64,000 nt of DNA, taken from the NCBI GenBank assembly GCA_015069325.1, contig SVIV01000001.1:81416-145415 (forward strand), written 5' to 3'. The translations under genes and the position numbers were made by a program. The stretch is from Clostridiales bacterium. GTDB lineage: Bacteria > Bacillota > Clostridia > Christensenellales > UBA1242. Positions 15,844-30,800 of this stretch are shown here, in pieces. The stretch's first letter is position 1; every line of letters begins with the position of its first letter. The notes beneath the pieces are model-generated. The model saw only the letters and a list, made by a program, of their open reading frames with translations, had not been told where the DNA came from and did not search any database.

Positions 15844-18800
15844 ATGAAAAAGTTGCTTGTTGGGCTTTTGAGTATATTTATGGTTTTGGGCGGTGTGGTC
15901 TTGTCAGCCTGTGGCGGAGATTCTGTGCAGCTAACAATCTACGACAACTTAGGAGAAGAAATTTCTAGGACTCTTGAAATTGAAATTGGTTCTGCCGATC
16001 CGGACGGTGGATATCTTTTGTTGTCTGCGCGTGCAAGTAATGGCGAGAAAAACATAACGGCGTCTTCTACAAGCAGCGCGGTATCTGTAACGATTGATAG
16101 TTCTTCTGATGATAGGGTGTTTTTTAAAGTTGTAGGTAGTGAAGAAACTGTGGGGGAACCTGCGGTAATTTCTTTCAATGCGGGTTCTGCGAAAGAGTTT
16201 GTTTATATTAATGTTTACTCACAAGTTAAGTCAATGAGTGCAGTTAAAGACAACGATGAAAACTTTTTCTTTGTAGCCGGGCAAAGATATTTATTGATGG
16301 GCGATGGATTTGAGAGTGATGTGAATAGATTAACTGAAGACTCTATGATTGAATTTTTGCCATCGAAAAATTCAAGAAGAATTCTTTCTTGGGAAGTCAA
16401 AGGTGTCGACAGTGGTGAGTATGAAGGTGTTGAAGGCGCTCTTGAGATAAGTAATGATGTTGTTAAAGATGGTTTTGTGGAGCTTAGGGCTACCGATGTG
16501 CACGAGAAAGGTAACGGCGCGACTGTTGAAATAAAAGTTCCTGTTATTGATGCGATTGAAGAGACAATTTCTCTTGCTTGGAATGATGGGGCTGGGACTC
16601 CAGACGAAAGTGCGTTAAATGCAGGAAGTGGCATTGGTGAACCTGTAGTTCTTATATCTAATGTATCGGAAGATGTTAATTATCTTGGGTATGCTTGGGT
16701 TGGTTATACAGGTAATGACCTTGTAATTACGCCTGTGGTTGAAAAGAAGTCGATTGTTGGGAAAAACGTAGTTTGGACTGTGCTAGAAAAGCTTGATAAC
16801 GAACTTCTTATTAATTATAAAGGCACAGCAGATGGATATACATATTATGAAATAAAGACGGCAAGCGCTGATAATTCTTCTGAATATAGAATTAGTTTTA
16901 AAGTTGGTTATGATAAATATAATTATGCTGGGACAACTAGATATCTGTATTTGGATATGCAACAAAAAGTAGATACTGTTTATGTTTCAACTAAAGGAGC
17001 TATTGAAGCGTTTGGACAATATGGAAGTGAAATCCATTTGTATGACAACTATTCGTCAGTGCAGGCTGTTTCAAATCAAGAGTATGGACAAGTGTTTGCG
17101 ATTGATCTTTCTCCTGAAGTTGAAGGCGGAAGTGGGAAATATTCTATAGAATTGCAATGTCCTGTAGTTGATGGTGGAATTACTGAAGACGGTTCTTGTC
17201 CTATAGATGTCTTCTTTAAGGCGTTTAATGGGACGGTTGTTCCATTGAATCTTGTAGACGGCGGAGATAAATGGACGCAGGAAAATATCGATGCTAATGG
17301 AGAACTTTACATTAAAGTGTCTGCAGAGCTTAAACAACAAACTATATCTGGTTTTAAATTGAATTTTGTAAGTAAAGATAATATTTATGCAAAAACAGAG
17401 CTTTCTTTGACGTTGCATAAGTCAGCATCACAAACAAATTTTGACGATATCGTAGGAAAAACTGATGCAAATGTAGTAATTGATAGCAGCGATATTGGAG
17501 AGACTTATACTAAAACATTCACTCTTACTGGACAAACAACTACTAATGGATTAAGGGTTGAATATCAATATGATAGTTTATCATATGAATTAATACCTGT
17601 TTCTAGCGATGAAGAAGCTAATACTGTGACATTTGATGTTGTATTTGCTTTGAACGATGATTATTATGGAACAACAGCCAGTGAAAAATATAGAATTGTT
17701 CACGAAAATGGAAATGCGACTTCTGAATTCGGCATTAACATTGTTTTGCCATTCAGTGAGATTTCCGTTTACCCTGATATGGGAAATGAACTTTCGAATT
17801 CTGTTGTCAATGTAATAAAGAATGGCGATGATGCGGTATCTTTAATGCTCAAAAACAATTCGGTTACTCCACTTACTTTCTCTATGCCAAAAACGAATGG
17901 ACATTCTCCTGTAATTACTAATTTTGAAGTGCTGTATTTTGATCAATCTTCATCTGGCTTGTCACTTGAAGATTTCCTTGCACTTTCTGATGGAGATGTT
18001 CTTGCAAATGCAATCGCCTTCTCAAGTAGTGTGATTTATGCTGAGTATCAATCTCCTTTTACGTCGGCATCAATTTCCACAAAAGAAGTTGGCTATACGT
18101 ATATGGTGCTTGTGTTTATAGGAAAAAATGCCTATGGGGAAGAGAATATAATTCCAAAGATAATTTTAATTGAAAGTTTTAATTCTCCTGAAGGTTTAAG
18201 AATAGCATCATTGTCAAATAAAACAGTTGAAATTTTCGCGGCAGATAGCGTATCTGATAAAGATAGAATTTCAACAGTTAAGGACATTGAAATTATATTT
18301 GAAAATCAAAATACTACATATGCGAGCCTTGAAAATGTTACAATATCAAGCAAAATTTATGGTGAAGATAGTAAAAAGTATTATGCAATAGACAATCTTA
18401 TTATTGGTAAAACTGGTATTCAATTTACTATTAATGGATTAAGCACACAAGGATATGCGCAAGTAAGCGATGTGGTAAATGTTGTTTACTCAATTAAAAA
18501 AGATGGTAAAGCTGTTTACAGTATGTTGTGCACAATTCCACTTACAATTAAAAGCGCAGATAGAATCCATTCTCTTGCTTGGCTGAATTCAGATGAAAAT
18601 GGATTGTATTTCGAAGCAAATGCAACAGGGACGGATAAAACTCAATATCTTATTTTTGAAACATCACCAACGAATGCAAGAAATAATGATATTAGAGTTG
18701 TTATTACAGATGAAGGTGGTAACAATGCAGAGCGCGAAAATTTTGTTTTACGAGACAAGTTAGTTGTTTCAAACAATACAGTTGCCCTTAATTTAGGTGC

Positions 18801-21800
18801 AGCTGTTACTGCGGGCAAGTCGGGATATGCATATTTCCTTCCTGAAGACGCAGTATTTAATAATAATCTCAAATATTATTACTATGTTATTGAAGGAAAG
18901 AAAGTAGACTATAAAAATATAGATTCTTATTCTCTTGAAGAGTTAACATTGGTAAATGCAGATTGCAATATCGATAAAATTGCTAGTATTTATGATGATT
19001 TAATCAAATATTCATTCTTCACGACAGACGTTGTGAAGGAATCGCAAGGTGAATGTGTTCTTGAAAAAGTTTCATTTGCAGATATTCTTGTAAAAGTAAA
19101 AATAGAAGTTGCAGACGGAAGCAAAGAACACCCATTAAGAGTTTATAATAAATCTCAATTTACTCAAATTAACCCTGTTCAACATTATTTAATTATGAAT
19201 GATATTGATGTTAGTGATATTTACTTTTGGGATTTTTCAGGGGGAATGTCTGGTGTCAGCAAAGACGTTACTCTTACATTAAATAGGACTCTTATTACAA
19301 CTCTTGCGCAAAATGCTTACATTAAAAACTTAACTTTAATTGGTAATGTCGAAGGTCCAGGATTTGTTTGTGTTATCAATAATGGTGAAATTGACGGTGT
19401 CATTATTGATACATTAGGCAACAAGCCAAGCACCCTAACTCCTTTTGGAGGATCAGTTGGCGGGATAGCCGGTGTAAATCAAGGCACAATCTCAAATTCA
19501 AAGGTTTTGGGTTTGACTATTAAGGTTAATGGAGAAGATGTGGGCGGAATCGCCGGGTATAATACAGGAACTATTACTAACTGTGCTGTAGAATTTTATA
19601 ATCTTGCAACGAATACTCCTGAAGTATATAATGTTAATACATTCTCAGGCACAAATGTTGGTGCTTTGGTAGGATACCATATGAGCGGGACAATTGACAG
19701 TTCATACGCATATGATTACACATTATCGGCATCGGAAACAAACAACACAAACAGAGTATTGTTAGGCACTACAGTGGTGGATCCATTTGTAGCAATAATA
19801 GGAAGCGATGCGAAACTTTCTAAAGTATTCTCTGTTGTGGGAATTAAAGATACTTACGCGGAAGGTAACATTGAAAACTATTATACAAGTTATTATAATG
19901 ATGCAACATATGAGTCAGATGTAAATATTGCAGATGACTATAAAATGAAAACTACAGATGAAAAGTTTGATGCTGAAATAAATGGCGGACAAGCATATTT
20001 CAAAGATTTCTACCAAGAAAAAATGCTTTCTCAATTAACTGCAGATAATACTGTGCAAACAATTAAAGAAAACGGATACTATAAGTCAATTAAAGTTAAT
20101 GAAGAAAACGGAATTTTATTCTTATATAAAATCGATGGTTCAGCAGAAGACCTTTCTTCAAGTGAATTGCAAGATTTAGAAGAACTTAATTCAATTTCAA
20201 TAGCAAAATTATTAAAAATTGAATCTAGTGGAAAAATCATTGTTACTTCAAGCGATACAAAGATAATTAAAGTTCAAGGCTCTTCAATTCAAGTATTACA
20301 AACGGGCGTAGTTGAAATTACAATAAGTGTAAAACAAGATGCTTCAATTAATCGAGCAATTACGATTAATGTTATTAATGCAATTTCTGATTTGAATCTT
20401 ACTAGATCAAGCGACGACGGAAGGGGTGTAAATGTAGAAGGCAAAGAAGTAAACGTTCAATTTGCTAAGAGCGTGTATATTATTGCAACTCCAAATAAAT
20501 CTTCACTTATTCTTGGAAACCTTGCAAAGAGATATGATTTTATAAAAGGTGAGTATCAATTAGTTGCCAACTCACGCTGTGCAGATGTTCAACCAGGTGA
20601 AATTGCTGTTGGTGTTGAAACAAGTAATAATGTGATTTCTATTACAACTAAAAAGACAGCAACAGAAAAATCAGGAAAGAGTATTCTTAAAGTTTATCCA
20701 CAGGTTTTTGACATAAATGCAGATGAGCCAGAAATTAAAGAAAAAAATATAGTTTTACAACAAGCGATAGAAAGCACATTTGCAAAACAATTTGTTGTAA
20801 ATCCATCTGATGGAGCAATTTCATTTAATATCTCAGCAGAGCAAAAGCCACTTTATCCTTCATCAACAGCAGTTGTGAAAATCCAACTTAAAACAACAGC
20901 TAAAAATGATATTGTTTATCCTGAAATTGTGATGAATGATGCAAGTTATGTTATGACAAGGCAGTGGGTTGAAGAAAGCGCAGAATATGTTTTCTTTGAT
21001 GTGTTTGGAAATAAAGTTCTTACTACTACAAGATCTTTAGCTGAGACTCCTGTTGAAGAAGCAAATGGCACTTTTACATATGTTTATAATATGACATTTG
21101 CGGTTCACCCTGATTACCAACAAAAAGTAGCAGATAATATCAACTTTAAAATAACTTTTAAAACTGCAAGTGGGGCAACGAGTGATTCACTTGATATTCT
21201 CCTTGCAAGACAAAATATTACAAATGTAGATACTGCAAAATATAAAGTTACAGAAACCTATATTTCTGGTGGCAGTGAATTCTATGAAGCAAAAAATCAC
21301 GCAACAACACTTTCTCCGGGAAATTCTGCAATTATCAAAGTAAATGTCAATCCAGAGTTTGCTTATTATGATTACGCGACAATTTTCTATAGCGGAGCAA
21401 GCGTGCCAAACGCAGTTCATATTGAAGCGGTTGAAGAAGAAAGTTTAGGCGTTTATAAAACTCTTACTAAAGATACGGCTTTAGTAAAACAAGAAAATGG
21501 AAAACTTCAATATATCCCAGCAGAAAATTCAACAGTTAAGCACAGAATTTTCTTTAAAGTTTGGATTAATACTACAGTTGACAGAGATACAACACTTAAG
21601 TTTACTATTGCATTCTATCGCAATGGTCAAGAAAAAGAACTTGATTTTGTAAACACTTACATTGATGTAAAATATCTTACAGAACCAAGAGTTACTATTT
21701 CTGGCGAAGAGGTTGCATACATTGCAAAAGGCACAACAAATGAAATAAAAATTGAAGTGCTTGAAGATCAAACTCTTGACGGACTTTCTCTTTCAGGAGA

Positions 21801-24800
21801 AAAAATTGAAGGTGTTTATATTACTGGGTTGCAAGGACCAAAACTTGACAGTGCAAAGGGAATTAATGTTTACACTGCAAAAGTTGTTTGTAATGTAGAT
21901 GCAAAAACAGACGCAAGAAATAGATTCTTTATTATGGCAACTGTTGCAAGAGAAATAGATGGCGTAAGAGAATCAAAGACGACTTATGCCACTGCCGTTA
22001 TTGTTGATTTTAAATTAGATGAAATCAATATTGAAGGTGCAGATGATGGAACTTTAACAATTTGGCAAAATGTTCCTAAAGAATTTGATGTGAATTATAC
22101 TTTGATTCCTGATGATAGTGAATATAAAATCACATCAGAAAATCAAGATACTATTGCCAAACTTAAATCTGCCAAGAAAACTTTTGCATCAAGTCATTAC
22201 TATCCGGCATCAGCCCCAACAGCAACTAGTGCAGAATACTATATCAACTGGGTTGAAGATGAAGAAGGCTGGAAATCACTTGATTTGTTAGATAGGCTTT
22301 TTGTAAGAACAGCTGCAGGTGATAAACCATATAATGATGAAAGTTTAGATTTGCCATTTGAATTCTATAAAGATGAAGATGGTTTATATAAAGTAAAAGG
22401 AATAAAATCTAATGCCGGCATAGTAACCATGGTCCTTCGCACATACATTATTGCAGGTGGAATTGAAAAACTTGTAGAGACTGAGTTTAATGTAAATATT
22501 GAAACCTTCTCAGATCCAGATCTTCCACTTTCAATCAAGAGTGCAGAAGACTTCTTGGCTCTTAACCCAACAAATATGACTGCAGGGGAAATTAAACCAC
22601 AAGATTATATACTTGAAAATGATATTGTTTTAGAAAATTATACTCCTTTCAATACAAGCGCAATCAGAAGTCTTGATGGAAATGGATATACAATTTATAT
22701 AAAATCATTTGATGTTGATTCTCAAAAAATTTTAAATTTAGCATTGTTTAATACAGTTGCTACTTTGACTCAAACTGAAGATAATACAGCAACAGAAACA
22801 ACATTGAAAAACATAAGAGTAAACTACTATAATGGTGGTCAACTTACTATAGATATTTCAAGACATAGCGAAGTGAATCTTGCAGGTATTGCCATCACAA
22901 ACGATGGCGTCATAACAAACTGTGAAGTGGTGTCATTCTATCAACCGGCACTGGCAGGGGAATCGCTTTCAGCAGGAGTAAATGCTGCTTGCAATCAGCA
23001 CAATAAAGTGAAAGGCTTTAATGTTTCATATACAAATGGTGCAAACAGCGACGAAGTGTTTATTTCTGATAATACTAAAGATTGGACAAGTCAAATTGCA
23101 GGCTTTGTAATTACAAACAATGGAAGTATTACAAACTCTAGAGTTGGTGGCAAAGAAATTTATGTAATCACAAAAGCAGAAGCAAACAAGCAAAACGCAA
23201 GTGCTGATGAAGTTATTGTTGATCAATTTAACATCATCGGCCAAGGAAATATCGCAGGATTTGTTCTTGACAACAATGGGACGATTGCATCTTCTTTCGT
23301 AAAGAGAGTGGAAATCAAAAACCGAAGTCAAGCGACAAAATTTAATACTTCTGGTTTTGTTGACACAAATAGTGAACAGGCAACAATTATTACAAGTTAT
23401 GTTGAAGGCGAAGAGTCGAAAGAAGAAGGCACTAAATATCGCTATGCAAATCTTGGTTCTCAAATTATGTCTGATACAGGTTGCATTGCTGGTTTCATTT
23501 ATGAAAACAAAGGTGTAATCAAAAACTCTTATTCAAACATTCTTATTTCAAACTCAACTGATACAAACAAAGTTTATTTGGCTTCAGGTTTTGTTTATAA
23601 GAATGAAGGCAGACTTGAAAACTGCTATTCATCATCTCAAGTAGAAAATGCAAACTATTCTCAAATGAACTTCTCGGGTGTTGATAAGGACGGAAACCTT
23701 CTCACATCTGGTGATTATGAAAATTGTTATTATTTCAACTTGGAATCTTATTCTGTAGAAGTAGAACAAACTCTTGCAGATGATCCAACAGAATCTCAAT
23801 TTAATACTGGTGCAACATTAGTAAAAAATCCAACTTATAATTCAAGTTTTTATGGTTTCTCTATTGCAGAAAATCCAACATCTTTCCATAAAGATGGAAT
23901 TTGGGTTATAGATCAAGATTATGGCATTAAGCTTATTGAAGCAGATTACATTGCATATTCTCATAGATATAAACAATTTATAACAGGTGGAGATTCAGGT
24001 TATTATTTAACACAAGAAATAGACGGAGAAACAGTGCGATACATTCTTCCTTATGGAATTTTGTATATCGACTCAGAAAACAGCATCAATACAACTCTTG
24101 GTGGAAATTACAATCCAATTATAATTTCTGACGCTCAAGATTGGCAAGATATTAATGGGGATAGCAAATCTTCGTATATTAAAGAATATTACAAAAATGG
24201 AAATGTTAGCGGAGTTTATAGAATTGTAAAAGATATTGATCTTTCAGTTCTTAATAAAGATGTAAACTCAACTGATAAAACACTCACAGGTGCACTTTAC
24301 GGAAATGGATTTACAATCAACGGAATCGCACTTTCTCAATTAAGCAGCACAAGTAAAACTTCATTTGGTCTTTACAGTGCTATTTCAACAACAAATACTA
24401 CAGGGAAGAAATCTACTCCAGCATTTGTTTCAAACATCAATATGGAAGTAGAACAAGTTACTGCAGGTAATGTGTCGGCAGTAGGCGCTCTTGCTGGTAT
24501 AATTCAAAATGCAACAATTGTAAACGTTAAAGTTGTATTTAACGAAAAATCAATTGTTGAAGGATTAAACTACACAGGTGGACTTGTAGGGTTTGCGTAT
24601 GGCGATAATAAAATTAAAAATATTGTCATTACAAATCCAAATATACTGTCAGACACTTATACAGAAGATGAAAAAAATTACATCACTAATGAAAATTTAA
24701 GAGACTTCAGAAATTCTGTCCGAAACGACATTGTTTCAGCACTTTCAGATACATATAAAAATTATTCTTATGCAGGAAGTGCAATTGGCTTTATTGATAA

Positions 24801-27800
24801 TTATGATATTCACTCTCAGTCAATGCCAATATTTACAAACAGCAATGATGATACTACAATTTTCGACGTAAACAACTTACGTGTCGAAGGAGATGTAAAT
24901 GTCAAAGCTCAAGTTGTTGGTGGGGTATTTGGTTTTGTAGGTGTAAATACAGATGTTAATGACATTGGTCTTACAATTTCAGCAGGAGAAAATGAAAATT
25001 CACAATTAATTTCAACTCGTTATTTTGCTGGTGGTATTGCAGGACAATCATTTGGTCGAATTGCAAGAGCATTTGCATCTCACGATAAACAAACTCAAGA
25101 TGAAATTGAAGACAATCTTGCAAAATTCTATGATGGAGATACAAATGTAGAAAGAGGAATTCTTGATTTATTTGACACTTCAAAAATCGATATCGACAAC
25201 ACACAAGTAGCGGTTGGTGGAATTATTGGTTATGTAGGTGGTGGATATCTTGAAATTTCATATTCAAGATTGAATGTTACTTCAATGTCATCTCAATATG
25301 CTGGTGGAATTATTGGTTATATAGATGTTGCAAAAGCATTGACTTATACAGTAATGGTTGATACTATGTATTTTGAAAATAAAGACGAAGCGGAAGGCCT
25401 TGGCACAAAATATTTTATCAATGAAGTTTATGCAACCGGTGATGTTCGTGCAAAAGAGATGGCGGGCGGACTTATTGGACTTATTAAAGGCGAGACAAGC
25501 GACATTAAACTCTTGTCAGTAAATGCATTAAACTATTTGACAACTTATGACTACTCATCAGGCAAATATGATTCTCTTAATGAAGCACAATATGACATTT
25601 CAACAAATTTAAGAGTCAACTCATTTGTTGGTGCATTTGTTAATAGCAAAGGAGATATTGAAGAATTTTCAGAAAGAAAAGTTTCTGAAATTGTAGGAAA
25701 TGGCGAAAGCGGAAAAATATTTAAAGATAAAAATGGAGACGCCTATGAAGATGATGATGAATGTGGAAGAATCAAGTTTGAATCAGCTCACTCTTTAAAT
25801 GGTTATATTTCATTTGTTACTGGCCAAGAAGAAGCTAGTGCGGGCACATCAAACTTAAATCCGCTTCCTTCGGTAGCTCGTTATAATTATTATACTTTTG
25901 CAGGGCACAAGGTTTATCTCAAACGCTTTGGCGAACCTATGCTTACAATCACAAATGAAGCAGGCAAACTGGAATATAACAAAGAAGCAGAAGATTTGGT
26001 AAACTTTAATGAATCAACTGCCAAAATGGGCGGATATATGCTTAATATATATTCAATCGTAAGTCCTGAACAATATACTGATTCAACAGTAGGTCATACA
26101 ATGACCAAGTCAGGATTCCTTGATTCTGGTATTTGGGCTTTTGCAAATTGGCAACACCAAATAGAAGATTTATTCCCAGAAATAAAACTAAAAGAAGTTT
26201 ATGATGTTGTTTACCTTGATGTTTACAATGCAAATGAAGTTTTTGAAAGAATGAATTCAAATCCAAACCTTATTGTGATTGTTCGTGGTCTTAAAACAAA
26301 AGGTGCAAACGAAGATGATCCTAAGAGTTATGACCATATTGAGATTTATCAAGATCAATCTAATACTTCAATGTTTAGAGCAAAGGGTAGCGACGGTGGT
26401 GCATTTAGTAAGATTGGCTCTGTTCATTCATTTGCTGGTAAAATTGTAGGCGGAATATATCCTGTTGGCGCGGAAAACGTTGATGACTTTACAAAAATTA
26501 TTTCTTATGCCGGCAACTTTATTGAATCGGTTGATGAAGGATTCTCTGTGCTTAATCAAACGTTCACTTACGGGAAATTACAAAGCCTAGAAAGTAAAGG
26601 AGCTACTCCTGCAGATTCGACTCCAAACACATTAACAATCGATAATGGATTGTTTGTTGATAAACCTGTTAAGGGAATTAAAATTGTTGATTCAACAATC
26701 GAACTTCTTACAAATATAACAGCAACGGGAAATGCAGGAACTGAACTTAATTTTGGTTTAGTGGCCCCAGTTATTTCAAGTTCTGTTATTAGTGGAGTTA
26801 GAGTTAAGGCTAATACAGGCACGATTACAAAAACAGACGGACTTAGAATTGAAGCGGAAGTTTCTACTTCAATCGCATTACTTGCAATAACTGCTGAAAA
26901 TGAAACGGCAGGAAAAACTTTAAATGCTGGTCTTATTACAGGAAAGCTTATTCAAGAAAGTGAAGAAGACATAATGTCTGTTAAAGGTGGAGAAATTTTA
27001 ATCAAAGAAAATCAATTATTGATTTCTACTCAAAATTCAGAGTATTATACTTATGCAAATGTTGGCGGATATTATGGTTTGGTTACTATTACAAATGATG
27101 AAACTATTGATCCTGCAAACTTTATTCTTGGATTGGCTTCAGGTTTTAATAAACTTGCCAAATTAAATATTAAACATCAAACAAAGCTTTACAACCAAAC
27201 ATCTCACCTTTACATTGGTGGTTTTGTTGGAAGCGTTGATAATATATCTGCTATCACTCAAAGTGAAGGTGCATTAAAATATAAATTGGAATATACTTTG
27301 CCAGACAATGTAAACGATTTACGCTTAGGAAACATTGTAGGCAACTTGACCGCAAAGACAAGCATTGAAGTAAACTCGATGAATAAGGCATATCGTAAAG
27401 CAGAAGGAGAAATTTCGCAAAACATCATTTCTAAAACCGCTACAAATTGGGGATATATTGGCGGAGCAGTGGGATATCGTTCAGGTGCTGCCCTTACAGT
27501 TCAAGGCTTTGAATCTATTGAAATGAAGGCAAACGATTTGAATCTTGTTTCTGGGATTGCAGGTGCAAAGAAAGCAGATGGCGACGGAAAGCAAGAAATT
27601 TGTTATGGCGGGCTTGTTGGTTTCACAAAAGATCAACTTAGTTTAAACAACAACAATGATACAACAGAAACAGAAGTTTCAGGAGATGCTAAAATTACTC
27701 AGACAAACGCTAGTAAAGACAATCAAATTTCAGTTGGTTCTCTTGTTGGTGCAATTACTGCAGTTATGCCTGAAGATAGCACAGCACTCAAGATTGAAGG

Positions 27801-30800
27801 TAAATACACTTCAACTCTCAACTTCAATTTGACAGGACTTAATGTTTCGGCTGGTGGTATTGTTGGTAAACTGTATAATTCTGATACTGCAGGTAATCCA
27901 CAAAACACAACAATTACAAGTGGCAAAGAAGACACTCTCATTCGCTATGATGGGGATATAATTTATAGTTCAGATAATAAAACAGATACGAAAAACTTAA
28001 CAGGTGCGATGGCAAACTTAGGCGGAATTGTCGGAGTTATATGTGCCACAGACAACTCAGCAACAATATCAAGTTTAACAATAGATAGCGTTTCTCACGG
28101 TGGCAAATTTGAAGTGTCAAGTGTCCAAGGTGCAACACTTAATATTGGTGGAAGCATTGGTAGTGTTAATTTGACCAACAAGAGCAATAAAGTATCACTC
28201 AAGAATGCTTACAATTACGGTAATACTTATGTTAAATATTTACAATCTGATTATAAAGAAAGTTCATTCATTGGAGTAGATGAATATAATTATGGTGGAC
28301 TTATTGGAAATGTAAGCGCAGTAAGGTATACTATTGAAGATAATTATGTCGCAGAGTCAAGCCATAACTCTCGTTATATCCAAAGCACAGATACAGATAC
28401 AGATACTGCTCACGCATTGTTTGGTAAGGGCACGCCTACAACAAACGGAGAAGTTATTGATGCAGGTTTGACAAATATAATTTCAAAAACTGCAAATCTT
28501 TATAGCCATGCAGTATGCTTAATGACTGACGATAACGGCACAGATATTGCTTATAATACAGCATATACTGATACTCGTTTAGGATATAACGACTGTGCAA
28601 CAGGTGAAACCATAATCTCTAAAATTCTTTCTGGATTAAATAAAAAATCCGAAGATTTTACAGAAGGACATAAGTTGCGTCCAATTGTATTGACCGGGAC
28701 AAACTATAAAGGAAGCGAATTGCATTCGCTTAGTGAATTTAAAGGGTTAACTTATTTCACTTTAATAGAGAATATTTCAGTTGAAAATACTCACTTTAAA
28801 TTAAAAAATACTGCATTTATTGGTGATGGTTTTAAGATTACATATTCAAATACGGCTGCAGATAATCAAGCACTTTTCGATTGTGGAAGTAAAAATGCAG
28901 ATTTAGAAAGCAATGATTTATCATTTGTTTCTTCGTTAATTGAAGATATTAATGTAACATTAGAAAATGCAAACAAAGGCGATTATGCAGGTCTGGCAAT
29001 ACGATTAAAACAAAATCAACAAATTTATGCAGTAAATGCGTATGGAAAGATGGAGATACATTCAACAAACAGTGTGCATATGGCTGGCTTAGTTTCAATG
29101 TATTTAGGAAAAATTTCAGACTGCTCAACAGATATTGATATGATTGAAAGGGCAGATAATTCAAATACTTTTGTTTGGGGATTTGGTTATGGCTGGCAAG
29201 CAGAAACTGCTGGTGGTGATTGCATTGGTAATGGTGCAGTTGTCGAAAACTGTTTCTCATTAGGTTCGGTTACTACATATAGTGGCAGCCCAATCTATCC
29301 ATTTACAATGAATGGAGATAGTAAAGTTTCTTACAATAATTGTTACTCAGCAACAAGGACATTCTGGAATGATTACTTGACGTTAGAGTCAGCTCCAACA
29401 ACACTTGATTTCTATACTAAAATTCACTATGACGTTGATGCTGTAGATTATAAGCTATCTAATACTATAAGCAATCAATTTACTTTTACTTACACAACAT
29501 TAGCTACAACAGAATATTTCAAAAATTCTCCTGTTTGGTCAGAAATTAATATTGATTTCAACTATGGTTATCCAACACTAAAATATCAATATCTTAAAAT
29601 GTCATCTTATTCTAGTCAAGGCCCAGTAAAGAAAGATTGCACTGAAGTCGCTGGACACGTATGTGAAAATCAACTTTACGATTGCTATATTGACACTTAT
29701 GAATACACAAGATGCGACAACGGTGTTGTTCCAGCAGATAAAACAACAGCATATTATAGATTGCCAAATGCTGGTGTTATGGCAGGGCGTGTTGCAGATG
29801 AAGACATAATAAGCAACTTTGTTCTTACAAATGAAATTGATCTTAGACTTACTTCTTCATATGAGAGCAATGGTCAACTCGGAAGTTTAAATGAGCAAGA
29901 CTTTGATAAAAACTTTGACGGTCAAGGTCATACAATCAAAGGGTTGCAAACTTCATTATTTAAGAAGGTTTCTGGTGGTTATATTAAGAATTTAAGACTT
30001 ACTGAAGTTTCAGGAAGTTCACCTGCCCTTGCAGATTCAATTGAAGAGGCAACAATTTCAAATATGACAATCGGCGGCAATATTTCTGCTCGTGGCGGAC
30101 TTGCAAATAGTGCAACTAGAGCAAACATTTACGCAGTCCAAAGCACAATGATAATTACAACTAGTTTATCTAATATTTCTAGTGTAGGTATGATTGCTAT
30201 GGTTACGGCTTGTCAAGTTGGTTACTGCTCAAATTATGGAAATATTACTGTTACAAGTGAATTTACAAGTTTTGTAGGTGGTATCGTCGGATCTGTGAAT
30301 GATGCATCTTCGAAAATATTCTATTCGTCAAACTCAGGTTGTATTATAAATCAACCAAATGCAAGCGATAAAAAATTATCATTGTGTGCAGGCGGAATTG
30401 TTGGGTGCGTTGTGAATGCTACAATAGAAGTTACTGGTTGTTGCAATTCAGGCATTGTAAAATGTGGAAGTAAAGCAATGAATGCGGACTATAGTTCCAT
30501 TAATTATGCAGGCGGAATTGCAGCATATGGAAATATTAGTTTTACAAACTGCTACAACGAAGGTTCAGTTGAAGCCCTTGCTGCAAATGGAACATATGGT
30601 TATGCTATTTATGGGACAGCAAAAATGATTTTAACTGGTATAGAAATACCATGTTCTTATACTGAATATTTAAATTCTAGTAATTTTACTAAATTTACAG
30701 CAAAATATGTAAGGATTTCTCAAACTTCAGATCAAAATGTTGTTGCTTATGGCATTGGACCAGGTGCAGGAAGTTCAAATATTTGTGTTTATGATACTAA

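Noticed and set aside
15729-15968. 79-codon TTG-initiated ORF overlapping the start of the giant gene.
   Set aside because: It starts inside the predicted promoter, has no SD, and is out of frame with the strongly supported ATG at 15844.
28388-28408. (ACAGAT)x3 microsatellite (TDTDTDT) inside the giant ORF as a possible phase-variation switch.
   Set aside because: The unit length is a multiple of three, so slippage would stay in frame, and three copies is too few. No long homopolymer tracts were seen at the 5' end or in the promoter of the gene.
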